From NCBI GenBank assembly GCA_951406725.2, contig OX597817.1, positions 37,324,001 through 37,388,000 of the forward strand: a DNA stretch of 64,000 nt, read 5' to 3'. This document shows, piece by piece, positions 40,581 through 52,981 of the stretch (positions are counted from its first letter, which is position 1; the number at the start of each line of letters is the position of its first letter). Both the position numbers and the translations under genes were made by a program. Origin of the DNA: Octopus vulgaris. Lineage: Eukaryota. The notes under the pieces were generated by a model. It worked only from the letters and a program-made list of their open reading frames with translations, ran no database searches and was not told the DNA's origin.

Positions 40581-41247
40581 AGGAAGAGAGGGTGGGCGGG
40601 GAAGGATTTTAAAGTGTAGTACAATATTTAAAACAGGTTAATATCTTAGCACGCATAACTAAATATAAGATAATTATAAGGATAGTCACTTAGACAGGGG
40701 TGAAAAACCAACACCTTCATAAGGAGAGAACGCCCATTAGTTAAGCTTTCTGAAAGGCTATCCTTCAGCAGTGTCAGTTTTCACAGGGCTGCGAAGGGCG
40801 CTACATCTTCTAGTTTTCGCGCATGCGAGGAATGAACGGCACCAAGTAGGCTACTTTTAATAAGCAAAACTGGTGATGTAGGATCGTGTGTGTGTGTGTT
40901 TTTTTTTCTATATGCATGTGAGTGCCTGTATGTGTGACCTTGTCTTGACATTACATGATAGTTGTTAATGCGCCTCGCGGTTAAGTTTTTGTATTAGTAA
41001 TATCTCTCTTTTGTGAAAAATAAAAACTGGAGGAAATTCTGTTTTAATTCTCCCATTATCAAAAATCTATTTTGGAATTCTCTATTTTGAACCGAGAAGC
41101 AGAATCTGTGGTCATAACCTTCTTTAGTCTTTCCCATCTACTGGATGACATCGAACATCGGTAGAGGAGGAGTTCTATAAAGTTGACTCTCCGTGGATTA
41201 ACGTTTGCGGGAAAACGTTTAGTACGGGATTTTTAAGTACGGGATAT

Positions 41248-41308
41248 TTCAGTGGTAGAATGCTCACCTGCCACACGGGCGCCCCGGGTTCGATTCCCGG
41301 CCGATGCA
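41248..41308 (+). pseudogene. 5'-truncated tRNA-Gly(GCC) pseudogene
   Basis: ttcagtggtagaatgctcacctGCCacacgggcgccccgggttcgattcccggccgatgca matches metazoan tRNA-Gly(GCC) from about position 11 to the discriminator base. The 5' acceptor strand (gcatcggtgg) is absent; anticodon at 41270-41272. Confidence 0.88.
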
Positions 41309-41323
41309 TTATGAAATTCTATA

Positions 41324-41767
41324 GGCGCAGGAGTGGTAAGTAGCTTACCACACAGCCACTCCTCGGTCGGCGGGCACCGGTGCTCCTCCCATTTTTATTC
41401 ATTTTTATCGTTATCATCCTCATCACATTACTGTCCTTGCCCAGCGCGCAGCTACTCTGTGTACTGCCTTTGTGGCAAACTATGTGAATAAAAGTAGCTT
41501 GCTTACCAACCACATGGTTCCGGGTTCAGTCCCACTGCGTGGAACCTGGGGCAAGTGTTTTCTACTATAGCCTCGGGCTGACCAAAGCCTTGCGAGTGGA
41601 TTTGGCAGACGGAAACTGAAAGCTCGTCGTATATATGTATGTATATATGTGTGTGTTTGTGTGTCTGTGCCCACCCCCAAACATCGCTTGACAACCGATG
41701 CTGGTGTGTTTACGTCCCCGTAACTTAGCGGTTCGGCAAAAGTGACCGATAGAATAAGTACTAGGCC
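41324..41767 (+). mobile_element. SINE family B, rearranged head, 3'-truncated
   Basis: Head ggcgcaggagtgg is followed by an inverted head copy and a ~130-bp unrelated segment; the body resumes at ~41492. Confidence 0.8.
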
Positions 41768-41799
41768 TTCACTACGGGTCGACAGTTAGGTGGGTATGA

Positions 41800-41915
41800 G
41801 CAAAGTCAAATGAAGTATTTTGCCCAAGAAAACAACGCACCGCCTGATCCAGAAATCGAAACTACGACCTTTCAATCGTGAGTGCAACACCCTAACAAAT
41901 AGGCCACGCGCCTTC
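41800..41915 (-). mobile_element. SINE family C (5' part)
   Basis: Reverse paralog of 8044-8160. Confidence 0.75.
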
Positions 41916-42285
41916 AATTTTGTCTCCCTTCACCGCCAAGACTCAGCATATACTGATTACATTGGTGTCTGTACTTTATGACTTGCAGCAGTGTAATCTA
42001 GAGATAAACAAACTTACATTCCCTAATCTTGCATTCGTTCTTCATTTACCCTGCGGCTATTAGCACCTTTCTTTGTGATAACGCTCTTGTGAGTATGGAT
42101 ATATATCCATTTGTGTATGTATTTGTAATTGTTGGAGTCTGTTTATTATGAAAGTGCGAAGTCTATAAAATGTCTTTGCTATTGTACATACGCTAACAAA
42201 TGTGTAGAGTGTAGCTAATGAGATTCAATGAGGTTAATTCTCAGTATCTGTATGGTTGTATTCGAATTTTACAGTTTTTCACGTG

Positions 42286-42676
42286 TATATATTTATGTAT
42301 ATATAATACAATGTACATTTAAACACATAATAGATGGCCATCACAAGACATCTGACCCGCTAGAAGGAGTAGTTAAACTCCAAACCACTATTCGGGGTAA
42401 TTTCGAAAGGGAATGAAAAATAAAAGCATTTATCCTCTGTCTTAGCTTTCCTACTGACGAGAGCTTCGCCAAGTAAATTTATTTATTTGCTGAAGAAGGC
42501 TTGAAACCATGGTATAGGAAATAGATGGTAAATATTTTTAGTTTTCATTCCCTTTCGAAAATAACCCCTAATAGTGGTTTGGAGTTTAACTTCTCCTTCT
42601 AGCGGGTAAGATGTCCTGTTATGGTTATCACTTATGTATTTAAATGTACACTGTATTTTTATATGAATAATATATA
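42286..42676. mobile_element. Fold-back element: ~155-bp imperfect inverted arms enclosing a hammerhead
   Basis: 42286-42440 aligns with the reverse complement of 42521-42676 (e.g. acccgctagaaggag.agttaaactccaaaccactatt / aatagtggtttggagtttaact.ctccttctagcgggt). Confidence 0.85.
42447..42521 (+). ncRNA. Minimal type-I hammerhead ribozyme motif (intact core)
   Basis: Stem I TTTCCTA/TAGGAAA; core CTGACGA (42454-42460); stem II GAGC.../...GCTT with an inner CAAGTAAAT/ATTTATTTG hairpin; GAAA (42503-42506); C-CATG-G; GUA site with predicted cut after 42514. Confidence 0.85.
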
Positions 42677-42751
42677 GTCTATTGATTAATATTTCGTCTC
42701 GCTAGACCACTGGTAGTAAAGAAATTTTCTAAATGTTTTTGCTACCCTGGA

Positions 42752-42814
<63 letters not shown>

Positions 42815-43589
42815 TGTTTCTGACTTCCTGTGACTAAAATTATATACATATAATTTTACTTTATGTATGTATAGAGGGAAAGAGGGAGAAAGAGAGAGAG
42901 AGGTGGAGGAACAAAGAGGGTACATATATATATATATATATATATAACTGTACTGTACTGATATACTTTGTTTTAGATATGTAGTGTGCGTGCATATATG
43001 TATGCATGACGTATATGTAATGCACATTTATATATGATCTAATGTGTTTATGCATCATGTCGTGTATATTAGCTCTCGTTTCTCTGTCTAAATTTCAAAA
43101 TGGCGTATTGACATATATTGTTACATTTTCATCTTTGTAGTTGATTCTATTTGTTACTATTCGTATGTGAATATATTGACAGCATGTATGAGCCTCTTCC
43201 AAAAATGTCTTTAAATATATTTTGTTTTCTTGTTTATTTGTTTATTTATTCGTGTTTCTGTTTCTGTTGGGTCTTCTTTCCTTATCTTATCGAGTTCAAT
43301 TATCCATTTTACTAACTAAAAATATACTACCGCACGCCTAGTCAATTCAAAAGGTAAAAACAAAATAGAAACCACCAGGGTCTCTTAAAACATTTGTTCG
43401 TGTAAACTGACAAGCCTTTCGTTATCTTGAAACATTGAGTAAAACTGCTCCAGAGAGAATTACTTGGAAATAGCCGGGTTATAGAAACTGATTTTACCAT
43501 AAATAGACATTCATCAATATGAAGTTTTCAGCAGTGACCCAGTTACCAAATGCCTTTTGGGATTCGGCATCTTGTAAGATACTTGTATT

Positions 43590-43928
43590 TTCACGAAATG
43601 AGTGATAAGATGTGCAAGCTTGGAGATCAGAGTTGCTAATTCTCCGAAGTGAGAGATCACAAATCCGATACTAAGGATGTGTGGTAAGAATGTCTTGGGA
43701 AGACTCGCTGGACAGATTTTACGGTCAAAACCAACTGGCAGAAGATCCAGGGGTAGACAACAAGGAGCATGATTGGATAACATTCATGGCCTCGGTTAGT
43801 CTCGCTTAGACATTCAGTCGGATCAATTTTAGAGAGCTGCCTCTGATAGGACCCGATGAAATGTGTGCGCGAGGACTCTGACCTCACAATCCTCCCAGGA
43901 TTAAGTGGTCGAAGATGATATGAGATGA
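43590..43928 (+). mobile_element. Decayed RTE-clade LINE 3' end
   Basis: Translates GRLAGQILRSKPTGRRSRGRQQGA*LDNIHGLG*SRLDI...AASDRTR*, matching the RTE C-terminal G.R.RGRP..RW.D...A.DR..W pattern; short atgag-type tail. Confidence 0.7.
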
Positions 43929-45323
43929 GTGATAAAATGCGCCTATCACATTTTTAGTTAGCACAAGTTCAGTTCTGTGTTAATTACAACCCACATTTAC
44001 AAAAACAATGTAAAACACTTTGAACTGTATTGCCGCTGATATATAAAAAGATGGGATGGTTATAACTGGAACCGCCTTTCTTTATGCATTTCCTCAATTC
44101 CAGCGGTGTTGGGGGTCAAACAACAATAGTAATGACAATAACAATAATAAATAACAAAACAATTACTCCACCAAAAAGAATTCACATTGAATAATGCAGT
44201 CTTGAAATCCCCAAGAAGAGAATATTGGGCTCACGGCTGGACCACCTTTGAACATAGATCAGGTTTTATCCAAGGGTTAAACAACAATAGCAACGTTGTC
44301 TCAAAGTGGTCAGCATTTATCGTCTGTTCTTTAATAGACATCAACAACTCGTGACTAAAGGCATCATTAGTGAGAGAAGGAAATGGAGTAGCGTCCATAA
44401 AAGGCTTTGTTACTTATAGCTATTTAGACTTCCTAGTTGACAGAATGAAATAGCCACCTCTAATTTAGCAACAACTGAATAACGCAATTGAAACTAACAC
44501 AAAACGGCGAACTCCGAATGAATAAACGAACAGAAAAAAATCATTCGCCACCGATTTGTTTTCGATTCTTTCAATTTCTCTTTTTACCTCTCTCACACGC
44601 GCGCGCACCCATAAATACACACACTTTATTACGTTTCCTCCTGTTTATCAAATCTTTCTCCTTGTCTCCATTTTCAAGATATATTTCGTTTTCTTTTCCT
44701 CTCTCCACTTAGTTTTTCTCTTTTTCTCTCTCAGAATCTTTCACGCCTCTCTCGCTCTTTGTCTTTCTCTGTCTCTCTCCCTCTCTCTCTATGTACTTTT
44801 GTTCTATACAAGCGTTATTCAGTTTTTCCTCTTTCAGTAAATACTTCAGTTCATCAATATTTTCTTTAAATTCATATTATCTTATCCAGTACTTTCTCTC
44901 CTGCACTCTCTCAATATATTTGTGTCTGTCTCATGTTAATTATCTGAAAATTACTTGTTTCAATATCTGTCTCTCTATCTATTTATCTATCTATCCACCC
45001 ATCCACCCATCCATCCGTCTACCTATTTCACTCTCTTTCCGTATATTTCTCTCTCTAATTCTCAATTACTATCTCCTATTAACACCACCGTACACATTAA
45101 CACTACCGTACACATTATCTACTACTTACTTCATTTTTCTTTTCAGAACTTTCCTTAAAATTCAGTTTCTCTCTTTCTCTCTCTCTCCTTCCCTCTCTCT
45201 CTCTCTCTCTTTAAAAGCGCATCTACTACTCTCTCCCGTACCTTTTCTATGACTTCCTCAAAATCTCTAAATCGCTGCTATCCATATTATGCATAGGCAT
45301 ACATACAAACATACATACATACA

Positions 45324-45354
<31 letters not shown>

Positions 45355-46396
45355 GTGAGGGAGGAGGGTGAATACATTACAACTCCAAAAGAAAATATTT
45401 GCTTTGAATAAATATATAAAATATATATAAAATCTATATATCTATACAGTACTTTTTTCTGACATTTGTAAATTCAATATATATATATATATATGGTTTG
45501 TCGAACGTTTGTGCTAACAAAGAAAAAGTATGCAATCCTTGAAGTATTAATAAACAAATTTTCATCTACCCTTCACCAGTCACTGAAAGCGTAAAAAGCT
45601 TAGATAATAATATAAGGAAACGCATATCCAGGTTTACTTCCAACTAGAAATCCTGTAACCGTTCATTTCTTTGATAAATGATGCGATGAAAGATATTTGC
45701 TTCAAAGATAGAATTCAGAACAACTTTAATGCTCACAAACACAAAAATAGAAGACGAAATACTATAGTGTATAATCCCCTATGTTGTTTAAATCTTATAA
45801 ATGAGCATTTTCCCATATTCCCGATCATAGATATCATAAGATCATTAACAGCAATAACGTCAAGGTAAACTACAGTTGCACTAAAAATTGTTGCTTCCAT
45901 AGCTTCTATAGCCAGCGTGTACAGAAGAAAATTTTCCTCTCTGGCGAAGCAAAACTCTTATCTTCTACGTAATTGCAATAACCCTGATATTTGTATTTTT
46001 AATGGTATCATTCTAAAGCATTAATTTATCAACCTCAACCTTGAAAATGATAGTAACAGAAAAATATATTGGGAGCTAACTGATAATCTCATCGAGAAGA
46101 TTCTCTCACCAAGTTGTAAATATTCGAACACTCAGAAACACGCCTCACCACTACACTCTCGGAATATATCAGAAGTTTAAATAGTAGTTGCAATTTAATA
46201 ATGGCTTCATAAACTATAATTTTTGCATTTCGTAACAAATATACCTTGGTATTAACTTTGGCAATGTTGATTAAAATATCGAAATTCTCGCAAACACTTC
46301 AATCGGTATGGGTTGCTTCAATTGATATTTCTTGAAGAATTTCCAAATTCCAGCTAGATAAAATAGTGTATTTTTCACAGAACGGAAAAATTATTA

Positions 46397-46657
46397 CGTA
46401 AAGTATACTAGCCATCTCAATATGGCTAACCACTAAGGGTGGGTGTTACTGTAGCTTTTAGCCCCAGGAGATCATCGTCTCCAGCTGGCTTTAGGCACAC
46501 TTTCTGTGCCCCTAAGAAGAGAGTAGCAGATGATCTCCTGGGACTAAAAGCTACAGTAACACCCACCCTTAGTGGTTAGCCATATTGAGATGGCTAGTAT
46601 ACTTTACGTTGTCGAGCAGTTACTGTTTACATCTCGTTCAGAGATTTATTATTGCTT
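46397..46657. mobile_element. Insertion with 81-bp internal inverted repeat and 13-bp TSD
   Basis: Arms 46396-46476 / 46529-46609 (one mismatch seen); flanking direct repeat ggaaaaattatta (46384-46396 / 46658-46670); diverged relative at ~49635-49690. Confidence 0.8.
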
Positions 46658-46690
46658 GGAAAAATTATTATATAATGATTAAAACAAAGC

Positions 46691-47088
46691 ACAATCAGTG
46701 TCGATGAGGACGGGTCACCTCCTTTAGACCATTCCATACGGGTCAAAAAAGAGAAGAAAAGGGAACTTCGCCCTTAAGTTGCTCATAGAGCGGCCGGAAT
46801 TCTATATTAACGGGATCGGACGCTGCAAGTTTTGCATAGCTGAGCGAGCAAGGATCCTCAAAGACTCCTAGTAATCAAGATTATTGAATTCACGGCAAGA
46901 AATTTACAGACCCTGCATATGTTACAAACGCTACCTGCTGCAAGCATGGGTTTACCCATTCATTGATTAGATAAAAAAAAAGTCCTTACGAGCTAAAGCA
47001 AGGTAAGGGTAAAAACCTCTATTCCCTTCTTTTTGACCCACATGAACTGGTCTAAGGGAGATAACCCGTCCTCGCCGACCCGGATTGT
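46691..47088. mobile_element. Fold-back/MITE-like element with long imperfect TIRs
   Basis: acaatc..gtcga.gaggacgggt...tagacca...gggtcaaaaa pairs with tttttgaccc...tggtcta...acccgtcctc..cgac..gattgt; superfamily not determined. Confidence 0.7.
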
Positions 47089-47169
47089 TTATTTCCTGGT
47101 TACTTACTGACTAACTGACCATAACGGATCCCTACCTTCCAGAATTGAAGAATTATATACCTTCGGCTC

Positions 47170-47228
47170 TAGAGTCTGACAAGTCGTCGGCTAAGTTCTT
47201 TATGCATGCGAGATCATTGGTTACTCTA
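47170..47228 (+). ncRNA. Decayed hammerhead motif (paralog of 3646-3713)
   Basis: TAGAGT-CTGACAA-G...C-GAGA-TCATTGG-TT-ACTCTA; perfect 6-bp stem I, mutated core. Confidence 0.45.
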
Positions 47229-47486
47229 TGACCGGACATAGACTTAACTGCTTATAAATATACATTACTACTGTATGCTTTAGAGTGTGCATCCTTTTCG
47301 GATATATGATACACTGATTATATATAATTAAAAAAGGATCAAGAGACATTTTTACCGGGTTTTAAGAGTATATATTCCCCACCACTGGATGGATGCAAGT
47401 CGTCGTAGGAGCGTTTATTTTTGCCAGTTGACTGGACTGGAGCAACATATCTCCATGTCCAGGAAACGAAACCATCAAGCCACGTA

Positions 47487-47519
<33 letters not shown>

Positions 47520-47543
47520 CGTCCAAACCCCATATATATATAT

Positions 47544-47826
47544 CACATGACCGACCAGGTTATCAGATGTTGCTACACATCGCTGGTCACAATGCGCTTC
47601 GCATTGTTTTAGCCTTCAAATGACGCCACCCCGCTGGCTAAGCAAACAGTGAGAGAAAGTTGTGGCGAAAGAGTACAGCAGGGATCGCCACCACTCCCTG
47701 CCGGAATCTAGTAGAGCTTTGGGTGTTTTCGCTCAATAAACACTCACAACGCCCGGTCTGGGAATCGAAACCGCGATCCTACGACCGCGAGTCCGCTGCC
47801 CTAACCACTGGGCCATTGCGCCTCCA
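47544..47826 (-). mobile_element. tRNA-derived SINE with family D-like head and a different tail
   Basis: Minus strand tggaggcgcaatggcccagtggttagggcagcggactcgcgg...ggtttcgattccc; aligns with family D up to caactttctctcact, then diverges. Flanking repeat ccatatatatatat (47530-47543 / 47827-47840). Confidence 0.88.
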
Positions 47827-48194
47827 CCATATATATATATATTAATTTTTGGTGTTATATAACCTTTGAAAAGTTGTAATTTTGTGTAGGTAGAAGTATG
47901 TGAAGTCCTAAATAGTTCAGGTGTAGTTAGACATGGAATGGAGAGGTGTTATAAGAGTTGATAAATGAGGATAGAGGAAGAGCGTGCATTTTTAGGGTTT
48001 TAGTTGATTGAAAGTTGTGGTGAAAAGATTTATTCGGTTTGCAGTGTGATTTCTGTTATTCTTTAGGGTTCAATCAAGCGTAGAAGTGTGTAAATATGTT
48101 TGTCAAATTCAGGTCACGATATTCTTGGTAAAGTTTATTATATTGTGCTTTAGAGTTCCTAAAATATTGATTTCAAATTTTGGAAGAAGGTCAA

Positions 48195-48732
48195 AAATTT
48201 AGGGAGGAGGGGTAATCGATTGTATCGATCCCAGCGCTCAATTGGTACTTATTTTATCGACCCCGAAAGGATGGAAAGTAAATTTGTACTCAAAACACGA
48301 AGACAGACGAAATACCTATTTCTTTACTACCCACAAGGGGCTAAACACAGAGAGGACAAACAAGGACAGACAAACGGATTAAGTCGATTATATCGATCCC
48401 AGTGCGTAACTGGTACTTAATTAATCGACCCCGAAAGGATGAAAGGCAAAGTCGACCTCGGCGGAATTTGAACTCAGAACGTAACAGCAGACGAAATACC
48501 TATTTGTTTACTACCCACAAGGGACTAAACACAGAGAGGACAAACAAGGACAGACAAAGGATTAAGTAGATTGCATCGATCCCAGTGCGTAACTGGAACT
48601 TAATTTATCGACCCCGAAAGGATGAAAGGCAAAGTCGACCTCGGCGGAATTTGAACTCAGAGCGTAACGGCAGACGAAATATGGCTACGCATTTCGCCCG
48701 GCGTGCTAACGTTTCTGCCAACTCGCCGCCTT
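48195..48732 (-). mobile_element. SINE family A trimer (one head, three tandem bodies)
   Basis: Head at 48732; bodies are joined at ataggtatttcgtctg (~48497 and ~48313). Confidence 0.88.
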
Positions 48733-48951
48733 ATACGTTCATAAAATATCATTTCTAGATAAATGAGTTGATAACACAACAGAGGTTGGACTGAGGCTGA
48801 ACTACTTTCGGTGTTATTAAATTTTTGTTATGAAATTTTGAACTCCATGTTTTTAGAAGTTTAGGATTGAGAGATTATGTTAGTGTAAATATTTACCGGG
48901 GCTTTTTAATGTTACTGGTGTGGCTATTTGTATTCATATTATAATATTGTA

Positions 48952-49116
48952 GGCGTAGGAGCGGGTGTGTGGTAAGAACCGTGCTTCCCAAGCACATGGT
49001 TCCGGGTTCAATCCCACTGCATGAAACCTTGGGCAAGTACCTTCTACTATAGCCTCGGGCCGACCAAAGCCTTGAGTGGATTTGGTGGACGGAACCTGGA
49101 AGAAGCCCGTCGTATA

Positions 49117-49165
<49 letters not shown>

Positions 49166-49206
49166 TTGTGTGTCTGTGTTCGTCCCTCACCATCGCCTGA
49201 TAACCA
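48952..49206 (+). mobile_element. SINE family B, 3'-truncated
   Basis: Paralog of 14931-15205. Confidence 0.85.
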
Positions 49207-49423
49207 ATATTTCCTATGGAGGATGTATTTTTGCATGAGCATACCTATCCACGAGAGAATATACCTTATGAACAATATATAGATCAATAATGTGTAAGTA
49301 TGGCAAATTTGATCGTATGGCTTTTTGTATCAAAAATCGCCTGGAGACCTGTTCCGTTGTGCCCAAATGTTTTCATTCCAGAAGTCAAGCTCTGGAAGCA
49401 TGTTTGACCCGATTTTGCCGGTC

Positions 49424-49480
<57 letters not shown>

Positions 49481-49706
49481 GCTTAACCGTCACTCGCAAG
49501 CGAGCATGACCTTCTGTCGCTGTTCATGTGTGTGTGTGTGTGTACATACGATAATAAACTTCTGAACCCGAGAAGTAAACAGTAGCAGCACGGAATCGTG
49601 AAGTATATTTGCCACCTAAATGTGGCAGACCCATAGGGGCCGATGCTACTGTTGTTTATAGTCCCAGGAAGATATCTACTCCAGCTGGCTATATATATAT
49701 ATATAT

Positions 49707-49751
<45 letters not shown>

Positions 49752-50595
49752 CATACATATGTATATATATATTCAAGTTGGTATGTGTATATGTATTTAC
49801 GTAAACTCGCCATCTGTGTTCTTCAGGTTCCCCTCTTATATCTTGTACGCGATGCCTTTGTTCCTCTAACGCTAATGATAAAAATATGATAAAGTATATG
49901 AGTTATGTGAAGTGTCATGACTAGTGCCTCTCATATATCTCTTCACAGATTATTTGTTATGTTGTAATATCTGAAAGATTTCTGTGATGATTGCTCATTC
50001 TTCGTAGGTTTATCAGTGTTTTTATTTTTCGTTTGCAAAGCGCAAATGCTTTTTGATATTAATATCAAACATACCTCGAATGAACTAGACCAAAACCAAA
50101 TTAAATTATTATTCGTGGAAACACCAAGAAAACTAAACATGTGATGGGGAAGGAGAGGAAATGCAAGAATTTCGCGAAGAAGAAATTATAGGAGAAATAG
50201 AAAGATGGCAAATAATTATACACGAAGATAAAAGAGGGAAAAACGTATGGCGAGAGAAAAAAAGAAAGTTAATCCGGAAATTAATATCAACCGAAGAATT
50301 TATTTCGACTTTAAAAACATCTCCTAACTGAAAAGCATCAAACATCGATGAAATACCGAAGCACTAGTTAAAATCTCTTGTTGATACTGCGAGGTTTATA
50401 TAACATAGGTACATACAGCGCTCTATTCTTTTGTTAATTATTTGTCGGCTTTAATTATTTTCACATTGCCCTGCTCTGTTGAGAATCTTCATATATCTAA
50501 AGGTAAATGTATGTACGTTTGTTTTACAACATATTTCATAGGTTTGCTTAAAGCTTCACTTCATTGCACGCTGAAATACCTATAAGGCATATATG

Positions 50596-50651
<56 letters not shown>

Positions 50652-50672
50652 CATATATACATACATATATAT

Positions 50673-50750
<78 letters not shown>

Positions 50751-51369
50751 GCACACACATATGTATATATAATCTAAGAATCCATAAGTCAGAAATGATA
50801 TGCACTTGTATATTTGTCAATAGAATGGGTGTATTAGTCAAAGTATGAAGTATTATAGATCCATTTCAGCCGATCTAACCAATCAGTTTTGCACTGGGTG
50901 TTTGACAACCAGATATTAGATAACAGCACGGTTAAGTAATATAACGTGCTCTTCAGAGATGGCAGGTGTGGAAAAATATAGTGATCCCTCTGTTATTAAA
51001 GGAGAAAAATGTCACATCTGGTTTATGGGGGCTGTGAAAAGAAGTCGAAACGAATATACACAGTGGAAATCGATTGTCAAAAATGGATGAAATTGCTGTA
51101 TAATACTATATACATCATCAGAATTATATTTTCCTCCTCTGGAACATCATTTCATGTTATTGCTACTTAGGTCTAGGTTAGTTCCGATCGAATAATTTAT
51201 AATCAAGAGCGTTATAATCGTAATTAGAACTGCGTTTCTACTATATCAAACATAATGGTTCAAAGACTAGTACAGCCAATGTATTGTTTTTGTTTGTTTG
51301 TTTGTTTGTTTTTAATTGAGAAACATGTAATTTGATGAATATTCGGTTGCTTTGTCTACCTCGTCAAAG

Positions 51370-52400
51370 ATCTCTAAAAGGACAGTTCCTTGTCTGGATT
51401 TTCTGAAATGGAAGTATTGGTTTTAGTGCCAAGAGTCGAAGTCGGAGGTTGGTACGTAACATGTTGAAGACAGGTAGGGATGGGAACTGTCGGTGGTGCC
51501 TGATTGGTGGACATACTCGACCAGCCAGACACGAGGAACAAAGGCTATTACAGCAGTGAAAATAAAGAATGAGCAAGGAGACACTATGCTAGTGGACCAG
51601 AAGCCGAAATATTTGTTAGTAACTGAATGCCGATCTATCGAGCACCCCTCTTCTTGATTCGGGTCTATGACGTCTGTATGCGTAGCAGCAGCACTATCCC
51701 AGTTCTTTATTGTGGGCTTCCCTTCAGCTTTATGAATATCAACAATTGCTGGAGCTGACATAAATTCTGGTTCTGAAGAAAAGGACCAGTCTCTGTGATA
51801 CGATCCTACCTAAGCTAAGGATATACTTTCAGCAGGAGAAATCCTTGTTGATAGTGAGGGCCAGAATTTGAAGCGACTGTAAAGCTTTTAGCTGACTGTC
51901 ATTCATGTATAGTGTGGTGGTATTTTCTTGGTATAAGTGATGTGTGTTTCAGGCTTTTTTTTTCCTGTTCAAAGAAAGGAAGTTGGTATTGCCCCTCTGA
52001 AGTGTGCTCCTTTTATGGAATCTCAATTTATGGAATCGAGATATTCACATTGATACTTCTCGTCTTTTTTATCTTCTGCAGGACACATTCGAAGAGATTT
52101 GAAATCTGTATTTGCAAGTTCCTTCGACCGAAATTCCCTCGATGGTTGAATTACATTTTGTCATGGTAGTTCGACATCCGTTTAGGCTGCCATTTTGCAA
52201 TCAGTGACTTACATTTAACTTTTCTTGTCAGCATTTATTAGAGTAGCGTAGTTTACATTTAGTATGTGATGTTGGACAACTGCCAAAAAGGTCTCCATTT
52301 CTCTTTCACAGTCTCTTCATAAAGTGAACTCATTCATCTTAACATTCTTCATCTTAAGATGCTTCATGTCTTTCAAATACTTCATGAAATAGTTTGTTTT
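51370..52400 (-). mobile_element. Possible highly decayed LINE fragment (RTE-like?)
   Basis: Higher-complexity, coding-like composition with only faint motif resemblance; no diagnostic motif recognised. Confidence 0.25.
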
Positions 52401-52503
52401 CTTTCATCTCTAATTTTCGCTTTCTAATTGTATTTTCCTGCCATTTATTACATATTCTTATCTAAATTCGCAAAAGCCATTACATGCTATGATAATATCT
52501 CTA

Positions 52504-52665
52504 CGCAGGTGTGGCTGTGTGGTAAGATCTTTGCTTCCCAACCACATGATTCTGGGTTCAATCCTACTGTATGGCACCTTGGGCAAGTGTCTTCTACCAT
52601 AGCCTCACGCCGACCAAAGCCTTTGAGTGGATTTGATAGACGGAAACTTGAAGAAGCCCATCGTG
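52504..52665 (+). mobile_element. SINE family B, 5' half
   Basis: gtggctgtgtggtaag...gggttcaatcc...accttgggcaagtgtcttctac...gacggaaact. Confidence 0.85.
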
Positions 52666-52811
52666 TGTATTTATCAATAAGGGCAAAAGAAAACATTTTC
52701 TATGCCAAATATGCTGAGAATAGACTTTGAATCGTCATAGAATTCATCACTATACGCAACTATATGCTGGCCACTGATAATATTTTTATGAAAATTTTAT
52801 CCTATATTAGA

Positions 52812-52860
<49 letters not shown>

Positions 52861-52888
52861 CGAGAATGAAGCAACAAGAATGGATAGG

Positions 52889-52981
52889 TTTTTAGTACAA
52901 TCGTTTCATACAAGGACAGGTTTTATTAAAAGTTGCAAAAATTACAGCATATAAACGTGTCCCGTACTCATCAGCTAAAAA
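52889..52981 (-). ncRNA. Minimal type-I hammerhead motif (left arm copy)
   Basis: Mirror of 53593-53686, lacking one A in stem II. Confidence 0.8.

Noticed and set aside
41248-41308. Functional tRNA-Gly gene
   Set aside because: The 5' acceptor strand and part of the A box are missing, and the anticodon stem has mismatches.
47850-48190. Possible very old LINE remnant on the minus strand, perhaps continuing at 48735-48930
   Set aside because: Strand-biased composition only; no motif could be read with confidence.
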